DNA of 53,973 nucleotides from contig JBIJBZ010000003.1 of assembly GCA_044344945.1 (NCBI GenBank), positions 1-53,973 on the forward strand. Reading direction: 5' to 3'. This DNA comes from Bdellovibrionota bacterium. GTDB lineage: Bacteria > Bdellovibrionota_C > UBA2361 > OMII01. Below the pieces are notes generated by a model that worked only from the letters and a program-made list of their open reading frames with translations, searched no databases and had not been told where the DNA came from. Both the position numbers and the translations under genes were made by a program. Shown here piece after piece: positions 19,601 through 29,593 of the stretch; positions within the stretch are counted from its first letter, which is position 1, and every line of letters starts with the position of its first letter.

Positions 19601-20016
19601 CAACGGATCAAGGAAAGAAGCGACCAGTGCGGATCCTTATCGCCAAGGCGGGGCTCGACGGACACGATCGTGGCGCTAAAGTTATCGCGCGCGCTCTGCG
19701 TGATGCAGGTATGGAGGTTATCTATACCGGGCTCCACCAGACGACAGAGAATATCGTTCGGGCCGCTATCCAAGAGGATGTGGATTGTATCGGCCTTAGT
19801 ATCCTATCTGGAGCTCATATGACTCTGTTTCCAGATCTCCTAGAGAAGCTGAAAAAAGAGGGAGCCGATGATATAGTAGTTTTTGGTGGTGGGATCGTCC
19901 CAAAGGACGACATCGAGGCCCTGAAGAAACTGGGTGTAAAGGAGATATTTATCCCGGGCACGCACACACAGACAGTAATTTCGTGGATTACCGATAACGT
20001 TCCGGTTCATGAGTAA
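19597..20016 (+). CDS. icmB: Cobalamin-binding small subunit of acyl-CoA mutase
   Basis: DGHDRG (DxHxxG), SILSG and GGG motifs; overlaps the large-subunit stop. Confidence 0.88.
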   Translation: MTTDQGKKRPVRILIAKAGLDGHDRGAKVIARALRDAGMEVIYTGLHQTTENIVRAAIQEDVDCIGLSILSGAHMTLFPDLLEKLKKEGADDIVVFGGGIVPKDDIEALKKLGVKEIFIPGTHTQTVISWITDNVPVHE

Positions 20017-20563
20017 GGCGTTCACGCGAGAAGATTCAAACGATACCGATAGTAGTGACTCCGAGGTTGATGCCTCGGTGCCAGGTGGCAAGAACTACAT
20101 TACGCCAGCCGGGGCTGAGGCTCTCAGGGCTGAGCTTAAAAAACTGCGCTACGAAGAGCGTCCCGAGGTGACGAAGGTCGTCTCATGGGCGGCAGGAAAC
20201 GGTGACCGATCAGAGAATGGAGATTACCTCTACGGCAAGAAGCGGCTGCGTGAGATAGACAAGCGGATGCGTTTCTTGGCGAAGCGACTTGAGGCGGCAG
20301 AGATCGTTGATCCGCTAGCGATTCAGGTTAGCTACGTTCAGTTCGGAGCGACGGTAACGTTGCGGTATGAAGATGATTCTGAAAAAACCTACTCGATTGT
20401 AGGCGTCGATGAAGTAGACCTCAGTAAGGGGCGTATTAGCTGGATGTCTCCGTTAGCCCGAGCTCTCTTGAAGGCCAATGAAGGCGATATCGTCACCTTT
20501 AATTCCCCCAAGGGGCAGCAGGATGTTGAGGTGATCTCAGTTCGGTATATTCCGATTGAGTAG
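20009..20563 (+). CDS. greB: Transcription elongation factor GreB
   Basis: [43 protein letters not shown]. Confidence 0.95.
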   Translation: MSKAFTREDSNDTDSSDSEVDASVPGGKNYITPAGAEALRAELKKLRYEERPEVTKVVSWAAGNGDRSENGDYLYGKKRLREIDKRMRFLAKRLEAAEIVDPLAIQVSYVQFGATVTLRYEDDSEKTYSIVGVDEVDLSKGRISWMSPLARALLKANEGDIVTFNSPKGQQDVEVISVRYIPIE

Positions 20564-20571
20564 TTCGGGCA

Positions 20572-21789
20572 TTATCGCTCAACGAAATCCAGGTCGTCGT
20601 GAAAGCTCTCCCTGATGGCGAAGAGACTTGTCGTTGCCAAGAGGCACACGCCGAATCCAACAAACATCGCTCCGTGAATAACGCCGAACGGCTCTTTGAG
20701 TGCGATGAAGATAGTGCTCATCGGTACAACGGCGCCGCGAATAAAATTGGGAATAGTCGTTGTAACAGTAGCACGGAGATTGGTGCCGAAACGCTCCGTT
20801 GCTGATGTGATCAGCAGGATCCAGTATCCGCCGGCGATTCCAAGTAAGAGGATCAGACCGTAGAACTCAGCCACAGATATATTGGTACGCGTAAGAACTA
20901 TGTAAGGAAGGATGAGACTCAGCGCCAGAAAGAGCGCCAGGGGGCGTTTGCGACTCTGAAGGTATTGGCTCAAGAGACCTGCAACGATATCGCCCACAAA
21001 GAGCCCCAAGTAACAGAAGGCGATACACCATCCGGGCTTCGGTGTCCCAATCACACCGTTAAGGGCCGCAATTGTGTTTGCGTTCGACAGCAGTATCCCC
21101 ACGATAAACCAGATCGGAAGGCCAAGAACAATGTAGGCAAGATAGCGCGCCAAGCGCCGAGGGGAGCGCACGATCAGAGAGAACTCGCCACGACCGACGG
21201 AGGTGTGAGTGGTCTGAGTAAAGATCTCGGAGTCTTTGACCGAGATTCGCACAGTCAGGAGCAGGAGCCCCAGCGCGCCACCGACGATATAGGACAAACG
21301 CCAGGGGAGAACCTCACCGGTAAACCCTGCTACAACGGCTCCAAACACACCCACGGCCGCGATAATCGTGGTTCCGTATCCACGCAGATGCTTTGGAAGA
21401 AGTTCGGCTACCAGGGTTACTCCGGCGCCTAGCTCCCCTGCGAGTCCAAAGCCCGCTACGAATCGTAAAGCCGCGTAACTGGTCATCCCAGACACGAAGG
21501 CGTTGGCGATATTGGCCACTGAATAGATGATTATCGAACCAAATAGAACCTTGGTTCGTCCGACCTTATCCCCGAGGATCCCCCAGGTAATGCCGCCCAG
21601 GAGCATTCCTACCATCTGGCAGTTGAGGAGGTAGGTTCCAGCCGCGATAAAGTCGGATTGTGGCACCTGAATATCGGTCAGTGAGGGGTTCTTTACGACC
21701 AGGAAGAGAATCAGGTCGTACACATCAACAAAGTAGCCCAGGGCGGCCACTAAGAGGGCTGGGGAGAGAAGCTGGCGTGCTGTTGACAT
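20572..21789 (-). CDS. MFS transporter
   Basis: About 12 TM segments; motif A GILGDKVGR; RFVAGFGLAGELG. Confidence 0.92.
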   Translation of the reverse strand: MSTARQLLSPALLVAALGYFVDVYDLILFLVVKNPSLTDIQVPQSDFIAAGTYLLNCQMVGMLLGGITWGILGDKVGRTKVLFGSIIIYSVANIANAFVSGMTSYAALRFVAGFGLAGELGAGVTLVAELLPKHLRGYGTTIIAAVGVFGAVVAGFTGEVLPWRLSYIVGGALGLLLLTVRISVKDSEIFTQTTHTSVGRGEFSLIVRSPRRLARYLAYIVLGLPIWFIVGILLSNANTIAALNGVIGTPKPGWCIAFCYLGLFVGDIVAGLLSQYLQSRKRPLALFLALSLILPYIVLTRTNISVAEFYGLILLLGIAGGYWILLITSATERFGTNLRATVTTTIPNFIRGAVVPMSTIFIALKEPFGVIHGAMFVGFGVCLLATTSLFAIRESFHDDLDFVER

Positions 21790-21984
21790 GGGGTAGTTGT
21801 AGCTGGAAGGGGGCTGGCTTGGCTAGCGGGATGATGAGGAAAGGCTGCCTCGTTAGTGCTTTGGGAGTTTGAGTGCACAAGGCTGAGGGGAGGAGGAAGG
21901 CGGAGCGACTTCGACCTGCCTTCCGGTTCTTACGGAATCTGTTGCTAGACGGATTACAAGCCTGATTAGCGTACGGTGTGCACC

Positions 21985-22665
21985 ATGACACACCAAAGTT
22001 CTATCCAAAATGCTTCCAGACCTCAGAGCGCCAGCAGCAGCGCGGAAAAATCACACCCGTGTGACGGTACCCCCGAGATAGATAAAGCGCAGATGCCAGC
22101 GAACTTCCGACAGGAGTTACATGCCGGTGCTTCTCAAGCGCAGGAAGTGAGCAAGGGGGCACAACCGAAGCGTAGCTGGTGGCAGGCGCTTTCGCTGTTA
22201 CCGTTTGTTTATGCAACAAGAGAGGAGGCTGAACGGCAGCGGGCTGCGGCCGCACAAGCTTCTGTTAAGAACCTGAGCGAACATGAAAAACAACTTGATG
22301 TTTCGATGGAACGCCTCCTAGAAAACTTAAACAGTTTGGAAAAGCGCCGACTCGAAACACTCGACAAGGTGGTGGAGCTACTAAGACAGGGCGGCTCATC
22401 CGAAGAGACTTATGAAAAAATGAAGCTGTTGGCGATTCAATACCGCGCTAACCGGGTTCTTATCGAGAAAACGCTAGACTGTTACGAGACAGTTGAGAGC
22501 TATCGCGCAGGTTTGTCCCGCCCTCCGGGTCGTCGGTCCCTGAAGCCATTGGAGCAGTTGGAACAGTTAGAATTGAAAAAGGTGGTCGAGGTGATTCCGG
22601 TAAGTCCGAAGGAGATTGGGGATCTGATTGCACTCGCCATGCAGACTAACGCAGATTCGCGCTAG
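21985..22665 (+). CDS. Hypothetical coiled-coil protein
   Basis: ORF of ~226 aa, helical and E/K/L-rich; no family recognised. Confidence 0.6.
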   Translation: MTHQSSIQNASRPQSASSSAEKSHPCDGTPEIDKAQMPANFRQELHAGASQAQEVSKGAQPKRSWWQALSLLPFVYATREEAERQRAAAAQASVKNLSEHEKQLDVSMERLLENLNSLEKRRLETLDKVVELLRQGGSSEETYEKMKLLAIQYRANRVLIEKTLDCYETVESYRAGLSRPPGRRSLKPLEQLEQLELKKVVEVIPVSPKEIGDLIALAMQTNADSR

Positions 22666-22871
22666 TGCTCTAAGCTTATCAGGAAATGCGAGGAGGAGGA
22701 GTTGGGGTGCTCTTCGGTGACTGACTTGTTGGACCAGCCGCGATTTTCGCACTGAAAGTAAAAAGTATCCACAGCACCAGAGTATGGTGTGATGGATCCG
22801 TTATCAGTTTTGTTGAGCCTTAACGGGCAGGGAGCGATTCAGTCCTTTGAAGTCACCTCCCGTTTTCCATC

Positions 22872-23678
22872 CTAGTGGCAGGTCTTTTGGATCTGCGAGT
22901 CGCTCAACCCGAGTTTCTTCATCTCAAGAACTTGGCTAACAGAACAGCTCGACTGCGCAGATTCATTAGGGCTGGAATCGTTGTTATGCCCGGCTTTCGA
23001 ACTTCCACTTACTTTGATGGCCTTAGATTTGAGGCTCGCCTGTACCTCCGGATCGCCCAAAAGCTGCTCTAATTTCCCCTTGAACGCCATTGGTACGACT
23101 TTCTTTGCGTAGCCAGGAGCGTTCCAGAAGCTACCCCTGAGATCATCAACGCCACTTAGTCTTTTTGTGAGAAGCACGGTGCCGGATGGGGATAATACCT
23201 CCATAGCAACGTCGTAGTGAAGCGCTGTGTTCATCATCGTGTCGGATTTCCATTCGTTGAGAGTGAATAGTACGGCCCTCGGTGCACCACTTTTCTCTAG
23301 ACGCGCCTTGATGGAGTTCGTCTCTTCTGAGGGAATCGTGTCAAGTAAATCGCACTGACCGCCCGATGCTACAATTGATGCACAAGCGGCAGCGCTAAAA
23401 CTCTTTGAAAGAGCTTCTGCATTTTCGTTCTCAACATCGAATGGGTTGCCGTATCCGCCTCTCTGAAGTCCCACGAACAAGGGCGATTTGTCGTTATTGA
23501 CCACGTATGGTCGTCTGTCATGAGTTGCAATGGTAACGTTTTCTCCCGAAGTCGATGGTAGTGTTGCAAGGACATCTCGGTAGTTATGTTTGTTGCCGAT
23601 AGCGCAACCTGTATTCACTATGACGATGGCGACTAACGGGAGAAAACTAAGAATAGGTCGAAAAGACGATGGGATCAT
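22872..23678 (-). CDS. Putative lipoprotein with a short C-terminal helical module
   Basis: Hydrophobic signal with lipobox NTG-C; C-terminal CSVSQVLEMKKLGLSDSQIQKTC after a Ser-rich linker. Confidence 0.7.
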   Translation of the reverse strand: MIPSSFRPILSFLPLVAIVIVNTGCAIGNKHNYRDVLATLPSTSGENVTIATHDRRPYVVNNDKSPLFVGLQRGGYGNPFDVENENAEALSKSFSAAACASIVASGGQCDLLDTIPSEETNSIKARLEKSGAPRAVLFTLNEWKSDTMMNTALHYDVAMEVLSPSGTVLLTKRLSGVDDLRGSFWNAPGYAKKVVPMAFKGKLEQLLGDPEVQASLKSKAIKVSGSSKAGHNNDSSPNESAQSSCSVSQVLEMKKLGLSDSQIQKTCH

Positions 23679-24139
23679 ATAGCTCAGTGAAAATCCTAGA
23701 CTGTTATGCTCTGCGGCCAAGAGTATTCGTTATGGGCATGGGTGCCAAGTCCTTAGATGTAAGTAGCTATTCAACGAGAAGGTTTGGGGAGCGTCCGGCT
23801 CATTCAGGTTGCAGTTTCGAGGATCCTGGTCGGTATGTGCTGATTTACTTCGGTCTCCTCTTTGTCGCTCGTGCGGTGTCTAATCTGTTGTGGCTGGTAT
23901 GTTCGCGAGTTGGCAGCGGCGTGAAACGCCAGCATGGTCACCTAAGTCATAGGATGAGGCACGCTTGCACTTGGGGAGCGAGGCCTTTGCCGGTAAGAGC
24001 GTGTATCTAAAAGGCCTTTGTTGGGTGCGCCTCGCCAGTCAGTTTAGCAAAATTGACTTGCGTTTTTTCGTATCAATCGGGAACATCGCAGAAGCAAAGC
24101 CGATTTGCGGCTTTTGCGATAGCAACGAGGATATTTGCG

Positions 24140-24493
24140 ATGATTAAGAAGATGGGACTCTTGACTTTGACGCTGTTGGCGGGCTGCACTGGAAGGTACT
24201 ACAAGATGCCGACGACGCCTGTTGACCTAACGAAGTATGAGGTCGTTGGCTCGGGCACGCAGACAGCAACTGGAATAATGCTATTTAGCTTTATTCCGAT
24301 TCGACAGAACAATAAAATCGAGCGTGCTACCCAAAGGCTGATTGCGAATCACGGTGGCGATGCAGTCACTGATGTGACGGTGCGGGAGCGGTGGTTTTGG
24401 GCGTTGGTGCTGAATGGCTATAAGACGGATGTGCAGGGAACGGTTCTTCGCCGTCGGCCCGAAGCTCTTTCGTCATCAAAGAAGTCTCGGTAG
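24140..24493 (+). CDS. Small lipoprotein
   Basis: MIKKMGLLTLTLLAG-C lipobox; GAGG upstream; followed by a terminator hairpin. Confidence 0.75.
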   Translation: MIKKMGLLTLTLLAGCTGRYYKMPTTPVDLTKYEVVGSGTQTATGIMLFSFIPIRQNNKIERATQRLIANHGGDAVTDVTVRERWFWALVLNGYKTDVQGTVLRRRPEALSSSKKSR

Positions 24494-24523
24494 AAAAAAG
24501 GGGCCTCTCTATGAGGCCCTGTT
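24494..24523. terminator. Probable terminator hairpin, possibly bidirectional
   Basis: AAAAAA-G-GGGCCTC-TCTAT-GAGGCCC-TGTT immediately after the lipoprotein stop codon. Confidence 0.6.
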
Positions 24524-24896
24524 GATAAATCGTGTTTTTCGGAGTCGCGGGCATATAAGAGCGCTGTGCCGTCAATCGTCGAGTCATTGTAAAGTCCGCG
24601 AGAGCGATTGGAGTGATGATTTGAGAAAGGTTAGTGCGCTGTGCCTGTAATAGGAATCGTGACTCTTGAAGTGATTAACTAGCCCTTTTTCCCAACGGCG
24701 AATCGGGATGAGCGGAGGAATTTGAGCTAATTTCGTTGCTGGTAGACCAGGTTAGCGTCTTTCGTTGGGGCCTATATATTAGGCATCTTTCCCCAGATGG
24801 AGTTCACTTGAACCTTTACTCCAGCTACCCTCAGGCGTAGAACAGAAGTGTTGTTTTGGGCGCTCTTGGGTGCATAGGAGGAAATCGGGGCTTAAT

Positions 24897-25679
24897 ATGG
24901 GTATTCGATTTACAACGACACTTCTCGGATGGGCTTTCGCCCCTCAGGATCTCCTTCACGGGGCAGGTTCGTCCGAGACAAACTCGGGCTTTGCGGCGGA
25001 CGGTCTTGAGCTGGGCTTCATGCCAGCGATGCTTCGTCGCAGGTGTTCGGTTTTCGCGAAGGTCAGTCTTTCGGTCGCGCATGCCGCCCTGAGGGGGCTG
25101 TCCGGTGATGGGGCAGTTCCAACCGTATTTGCCTCGACCCATGGCGAGTCGCATGTTACCGCAGGTCTGTTGAATGAGCTTGCTCAAAGTCAGCAGCTGT
25201 CGCCGATGAGTTTCAGTTTGTCAGTTCATAACGCGGCTTCCGGATTGTTCTCGATCGCGACTGGAAATACAGCTCCCGCAAGTGCCCTTTCGTCAGAGTT
25301 TGATTGTTTGCTGATGGGATTGTGCGAGGCAATAACCATGCTCTCGCAGGGAGATGCCAAGCAAGTGTTGTTGGTATGTTCTGACGATATTGTTGCGGAG
25401 GAATTTCGCCGCGGTGATGAGCGGTGCTCTCCCCCTTTCGCTATTGCGCTGTTAATCGGCACAGGCGCGGAGGAGAGTAATAGTTGTCAGTTGTCGTTTG
25501 AGCAGATAGCAGGAATCAGCGAGAGAGTGGATGAGCAAGTTCCGCAGGGTGTTCTCGTCGCGCGCTGGCTCGCCGGCGATGGCGTAGAGCTCGATATTGA
25601 GGCTGTCAATGCGCGGTGGATACTCTCCCGATCGGGGCGAAATCCCTCAACCTTGTTTGCGTCTTCGAAGAGTTCCTAG
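24897..25679 (+). CDS. Beta-ketoacyl synthase chain-length factor (ApeC-like)
   Basis: PAMLRRR, VFASTHGE, LSPMSFSLSVHNAASG; truncated KS fold at the head of an ape-like cluster. Confidence 0.85.
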   Translation: MGIRFTTTLLGWAFAPQDLLHGAGSSETNSGFAADGLELGFMPAMLRRRCSVFAKVSLSVAHAALRGLSGDGAVPTVFASTHGESHVTAGLLNELAQSQQLSPMSFSLSVHNAASGLFSIATGNTAPASALSSEFDCLLMGLCEAITMLSQGDAKQVLLVCSDDIVAEEFRRGDERCSPPFAIALLIGTGAEESNSCQLSFEQIAGISERVDEQVPQGVLVARWLAGDGVELDIEAVNARWILSRSGRNPSTLFASSKSS

Positions 25680-26516
25680 ATGCAATCGGTATCGAGACGC
25701 AGGCGTGCTGCCGCAGGTGCGAGTTGCATGCTCCAGTCTATCTATGGACAACTTCTCTGTTGCTTGCGAAGTGCGACCTGCTTCGGATGTTATTGCGGCA
25801 TGCTTGTTGCGTTTGCCGGAGGAGCTGCGTGCTTTTATCTTGCGATGCGCCTCCACATTATTTTTGTTGAGCCTGAGAGGGCTCCACGGATAGCTCGCCT
25901 TTATATCCATCGCGGAGCACATCTTCTGTTCGCAAGCCTTCAGAGGTTTGGGCTGATGCAAGTTAAGATGGATCCGCTTGGGGCAAGCTGTGCCGGCACG
26001 GTTGTTGTTGCGAATCACCCCTCCATGCTTGACGCCATGCTGCTTTTAAGCGTAATTCCCAATGCCGTATGTGTTATGAAACGACCGCTCCTTCGATTGC
26101 CGGTTATCGGTGGGTTCGCCCGCTGGGCTCGCTATATTCCTCAAGCGGAGACGCCGGAGCTTTTAGAGGGCGCCTCGCAAGCTCTGGCAGACGGGGCATC
26201 GATCATCATATTTCCGGAGGGAACTCGTTCGGACCGGGTAGGAATTCGAGCCTTTAAACGGGGGGCTGCTCGGCTGGCTTTGGAGGCTAATCGCCCAATC
26301 GTTCCGGTGGCAATCGCCATGAAACCGGTGGTGTTGGGGGCAGGATGGCCTATTGAAAGACCCCCTTTGACCTCAATTAAGTACCAAGCTGTTCGGTTGG
26401 AGGCCCTTGGGGCCGAATCTACAGTCCTTGGGGGGGGGGTAGCCGATGACCTACGTGCCATGAGTATGCGACTTACTCAACACCTTGAAGATCTAATCGC
26501 AAATTCGCTATTGTAG
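25680..26516 (+). CDS. Lysophospholipid acyltransferase family protein (ApeD-like)
   Basis: NHPSMLD (HX4D) and FPEGTRS motifs; start codon uncertain. Confidence 0.88.
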   Translation: MQSVSRRRRAAAGASCMLQSIYGQLLCCLRSATCFGCYCGMLVAFAGGAACFYLAMRLHIIFVEPERAPRIARLYIHRGAHLLFASLQRFGLMQVKMDPLGASCAGTVVVANHPSMLDAMLLLSVIPNAVCVMKRPLLRLPVIGGFARWARYIPQAETPELLEGASQALADGASIIIFPEGTRSDRVGIRAFKRGAARLALEANRPIVPVAIAMKPVVLGAGWPIERPPLTSIKYQAVRLEALGAESTVLGGGVADDLRAMSMRLTQHLEDLIANSLL

Positions 26517-26542
26517 GGCGGTTTAGTATCCCGGAGTGGGTT

Positions 26543-26809
26543 ATGACAGGAAGTGAATCAATTGAGGCTGAGGTTAAGCAGTTCATCATTTCGACCCTCA
26601 AATTAGAGGACATGACAGCGGATGATATCAACAGCGATGCTCCGCTGTTCGGTGCGGGGCTTGGTTTGGATTCCGTGGACGCCTTGGAGCTTGGCGTTGC
26701 CCTGCACAAGAGTTACGGCATCAAGATTGATTCCAAGTCTGAGGATTCGCGTGCTCACCTGCGGTCGGTCCGTTCTCTCGCTGCTTTGGTGAGTGAGCGA
26801 CGCGGATAG
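26543..26809 (+). CDS. Acyl carrier protein (ApeE-like)
   Basis: PLFGAGLGLDSVDALE phosphopantetheine motif. Confidence 0.92.
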   Translation: MTGSESIEAEVKQFIISTLKLEDMTADDINSDAPLFGAGLGLDSVDALELGVALHKSYGIKIDSKSEDSRAHLRSVRSLAALVSERRG

Positions 26810-26820
26810 TTTTAGGTGAT

Positions 26821-27075
26821 ATGGTTTCTAATATGCAAGAAGAGGTGCTCGTCGTCCTTGAAGAGAAGTTTGGAGTGAAACGAGAAGATGTGACGATGGA
26901 GACTCGCCTCCATGAAGATCTCGATCTCGATAGTATCGATCTCTTTGATATGATGGGGGTCCTTGAGGAGCGAATCTGCGTGAGCGTTGATGTTAACGAT
27001 TTTCTGAGAGCAAAGACTGTCGGCGACTTTATTTCAATTCTTGAAGAGCTTGTGAAGCACCGCCCAGTGGCGTGA
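26821..27075 (+). CDS. Acyl carrier protein (ApeF-like)
   Basis: EDLDLDSID motif; acidic, 84 aa. Confidence 0.92.
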   Translation: MVSNMQEEVLVVLEEKFGVKREDVTMETRLHEDLDLDSIDLFDMMGVLEERICVSVDVNDFLRAKTVGDFISILEELVKHRPVA

Positions 27076-27410
27076 TTCAATATCCGCATATGGACTCTCA
27101 TGAGAATTCATTGACGTATCAAACAACGTGGGTTGTTGACCCTGGTCTTCCGATATTCCAAGACCATTTCCCGGGTATGCCGATTGTACCCGCATACCTC
27201 CAACTTGCTCGGATTCGAGAGGAGATCTCGCATTGGTTGCAACGCTCCAGCTCCCGCATAAAAATTAAAGGGATGAAGTACAAGCAGCAAATCCCGCCTG
27301 GACGTGAGGTCTTGATCTCTCTCCAGCTCGAGGCGCTGGATGGTCTTATCTCGGTGACAGTATCTCTAGACGGAGAGGTTGTTACCTCAGGTCAGCTACT
27401 ACTCGTATGA
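27072..27410 (+). CDS. Hot-dog-fold dehydratase (ApeI/FabZ-like)
   Basis: FQDHFPGMPIVP motif. Confidence 0.82.
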   Translation: MIQYPHMDSHENSLTYQTTWVVDPGLPIFQDHFPGMPIVPAYLQLARIREEISHWLQRSSSRIKIKGMKYKQQIPPGREVLISLQLEALDGLISVTVSLDGEVVTSGQLLLV

Positions 27411-29110
27411 TTGCTGCATTTCGCCCGTGTATCATCATCCCGTGCTACAATCATGGCCGCGCTTTGGTGCAGGTCCTTGAGCAGCTTCGAAGCTATAACA
27501 TCACGGTTGTCGTGGTTAACGATGGAAGTAGTGATGAAACACCCGCGCGTATCGCCGAGGCGTGTTCCCGCTTTGCGTGGTTAATATCTCTCTCGCGAGA
27601 GGTAAATGGAGGCAAGGGTGCTGCTGTTCTGGATGGGTTGCGGTGGGCTCTGCAAAATGGCTTTACCCACGCACTGCTTGTTGACAGCGATGGGCAGCAC
27701 AGCTGTTCTGATGTGCTGCGCTTCTTGGATATCGCTGCGGCAAGACCTGACGCCCTGATCCTCGGTAATCCCGTATTTGCCTCCGATGCGCCTCTGGCTC
27801 GCCGGATCGGTCGAGAGGTGTCTAATGTTTTAACTGCTCTCGTAACCTTGCGGTGTGCGGCTCGGGATGTTCTGTGTGGCTTTCGGGTCTATCCACTTGG
27901 GCCGCTCTTTGATGCGGTTGATTTCGACTCAATCAAATTGCGGATGGGTTTTGACGTCGATTTGGTAGTTCGGTGTCTCTGGGCTGGGATGGAGGTTGAG
28001 AACGTACCGACTGCTGTCGTGTATCCTGAAGATGGTGTCTCTCACTTCCGATATGGGGCAGATAACATCGAGATCGCACGTCTGTTTGCTAAGCGTGCGA
28101 TTAACGTCCCGTACTTTATCTATCGCCGCGTATCTCGGCGGTTTTCGGGAAAGAAGGAGGCCTCGAGCGAGTGGTTTTGGATACGAGAGCGGGGTTCGGT
28201 GGCGAGTCTGCGAGTTCTTCTGAGGATCTTAGAGGCTGTAGGACGACGGCCGCTCTATGTTTTGATGGCTCCAATAGTACTTTTTTTATTCGTGTGGGAT
28301 CGAACCTCGCGTCACGCTGCATTTCAGTTCCAACGCGCCGTTCTCAGGAACTTGGGTCGAGAGGCCGCGAGTTCGTTTTGTCTCTGGCGTGCCTTTCGTC
28401 AGTTTTGGGAATTCGGGGTTTCGATGGTCGACAAGGTCGTTTCGTGGCGTGAGGGGATCCCGCTCCGGCAATTTACCTGGAGTGGCAGGGACGAGGTTAA
28501 GGCTCGTTTGGCTAACGGCCAAGGGTTGATCATGATCGGTGCTCACGTGGGTAACCTTGAGGTAATTCGAGCCCTCGGAGACTCTCGGCAGGTGATGGTG
28601 AACGCCCTCATGTTCACCGGTAATTCGAGACATTTCAAAGCGCTTCTTGAAGAGGTCAACCATAAGGCGTTTGTGAGAGTAGTCGATATCTCAAGTATGG
28701 ATCCGTCGATCGTCTTCGATCTGAATGAGCGCCTCCGAGCCGGAGAGGTGGTAGCGTTGCTCGTTGATAGGCTTCCCAAAAACTCCTGGGGACGCTCCGT
28801 TAGGGTAGAGTTTTTGGGGGTGCCCGCGCCATTTCCGGAGGGGCCGTGGATTCTAGCAAGTCTCCTGGATGCTCCCGTCTACTCGGTGTTTAGTATGCGG
28901 GAGCGGGGCGGTAACTACAGGGTTGAATTCGAGTTGCTTGCGGAGAAGATTCTACTTCCGAGAGCAAATCGCTCTGGCGCACTCAAGGGATACGCTATTG
29001 AGTTCGCACAGCGACTATCCGCTACGGTCATGCGGTATCCGTACCAGTGGTTCAACTTTTTTGACTTCTGGAAGCATTCAGAGGAAAAGCGCCGCGGCGC
29101 CTGTCGCTGA
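27407..29110 (+). CDS. Family 2 glycosyltransferase fused to a lipid A-type acyltransferase (ApeJ-like)
   Basis: IIPCYN, VNDGS, GGKG, DSDGQH in the N-terminal half; AHVGNLE and YPYQWFNFFDFW in the C-terminal half. Confidence 0.9.
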   Translation: MIAAFRPCIIIPCYNHGRALVQVLEQLRSYNITVVVVNDGSSDETPARIAEACSRFAWLISLSREVNGGKGAAVLDGLRWALQNGFTHALLVDSDGQHSCSDVLRFLDIAAARPDALILGNPVFASDAPLARRIGREVSNVLTALVTLRCAARDVLCGFRVYPLGPLFDAVDFDSIKLRMGFDVDLVVRCLWAGMEVENVPTAVVYPEDGVSHFRYGADNIEIARLFAKRAINVPYFIYRRVSRRFSGKKEASSEWFWIRERGSVASLRVLLRILEAVGRRPLYVLMAPIVLFLFVWDRTSRHAAFQFQRAVLRNLGREAASSFCLWRAFRQFWEFGVSMVDKVVSWREGIPLRQFTWSGRDEVKARLANGQGLIMIGAHVGNLEVIRALGDSRQVMVNALMFTGNSRHFKALLEEVNHKAFVRVVDISSMDPSIVFDLNERLRAGEVVALLVDRLPKNSWGRSVRVEFLGVPAPFPEGPWILASLLDAPVYSVFSMRERGGNYRVEFELLAEKILLPRANRSGALKGYAIEFAQRLSATVMRYPYQWFNFFDFWKHSEEKRRGACR

Positions 29111-29130
29111 TTCTGTCGCAGTTGAGTCGG

Positions 29131-29586
29131 TCAATGTCCGTTAGGATCAATCTGAGCACGCAAGGTATCGGATTGTGCAGAGTGAGTGCTCGAATTCTGA
29201 GCTGCAGCGAGAAGAGAGAGGATATTCTCAACAGGCGAGTCGTCTGGAGATAGGTACGAGATCTCATCGTGCGCTTCCCCCGTGCTCGATACGGTTATCG
29301 TTCTGACCCGAATACCAACATTATTCAAGAGAACGACGGTTGTGCGCGAATCATCGCACGAGATCGCGCCGCTCAGATGAGTATCTCCCTTAAGTGAGAA
29401 GGTTACAGGTAATGTCCCGGACGAGCAGAGGCGCCGCGTTATGAGCGGATCAGAAAGTTGCGTGGAGTAGCTCTTTGGGGCCGGGACGTGCAGTGAGCAC
29501 GCAGTAAAGCAGCTGATTGTAAAAACCAAAAGTAGAGAGGATCTCACCGATGCCACTAATCTATCGAGCGCTGTACAGCATCTCAT
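29131..29586 (-). CDS. Lipoprotein, DUF3261/ApeN-like
   Basis: Lipobox FTA-C; follows the MMPL gene as ApeN does; ATG at 29586 just downstream of the MMPL stop (track start 29790 overlaps MMPL). Confidence 0.55.
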   Translation of the reverse strand: MRCCTALDRLVASVRSSLLLVFTISCFTACSLHVPAPKSYSTQLSDPLITRRLCSSGTLPVTFSLKGDTHLSGAISCDDSRTTVVLLNNVGIRVRTITVSSTGEAHDEISYLSPDDSPVENILSLLAAAQNSSTHSAQSDTLRAQIDPNGH

Positions 29587-29593
29587 ACGGCTA

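Noticed and set aside
29100-29135. Recombinase sites at the inversion breakpoints
   Set aside because: Only a short local direct repeat (CTGTCGC twice); no convincing inverted counterpart in 38607-38869.
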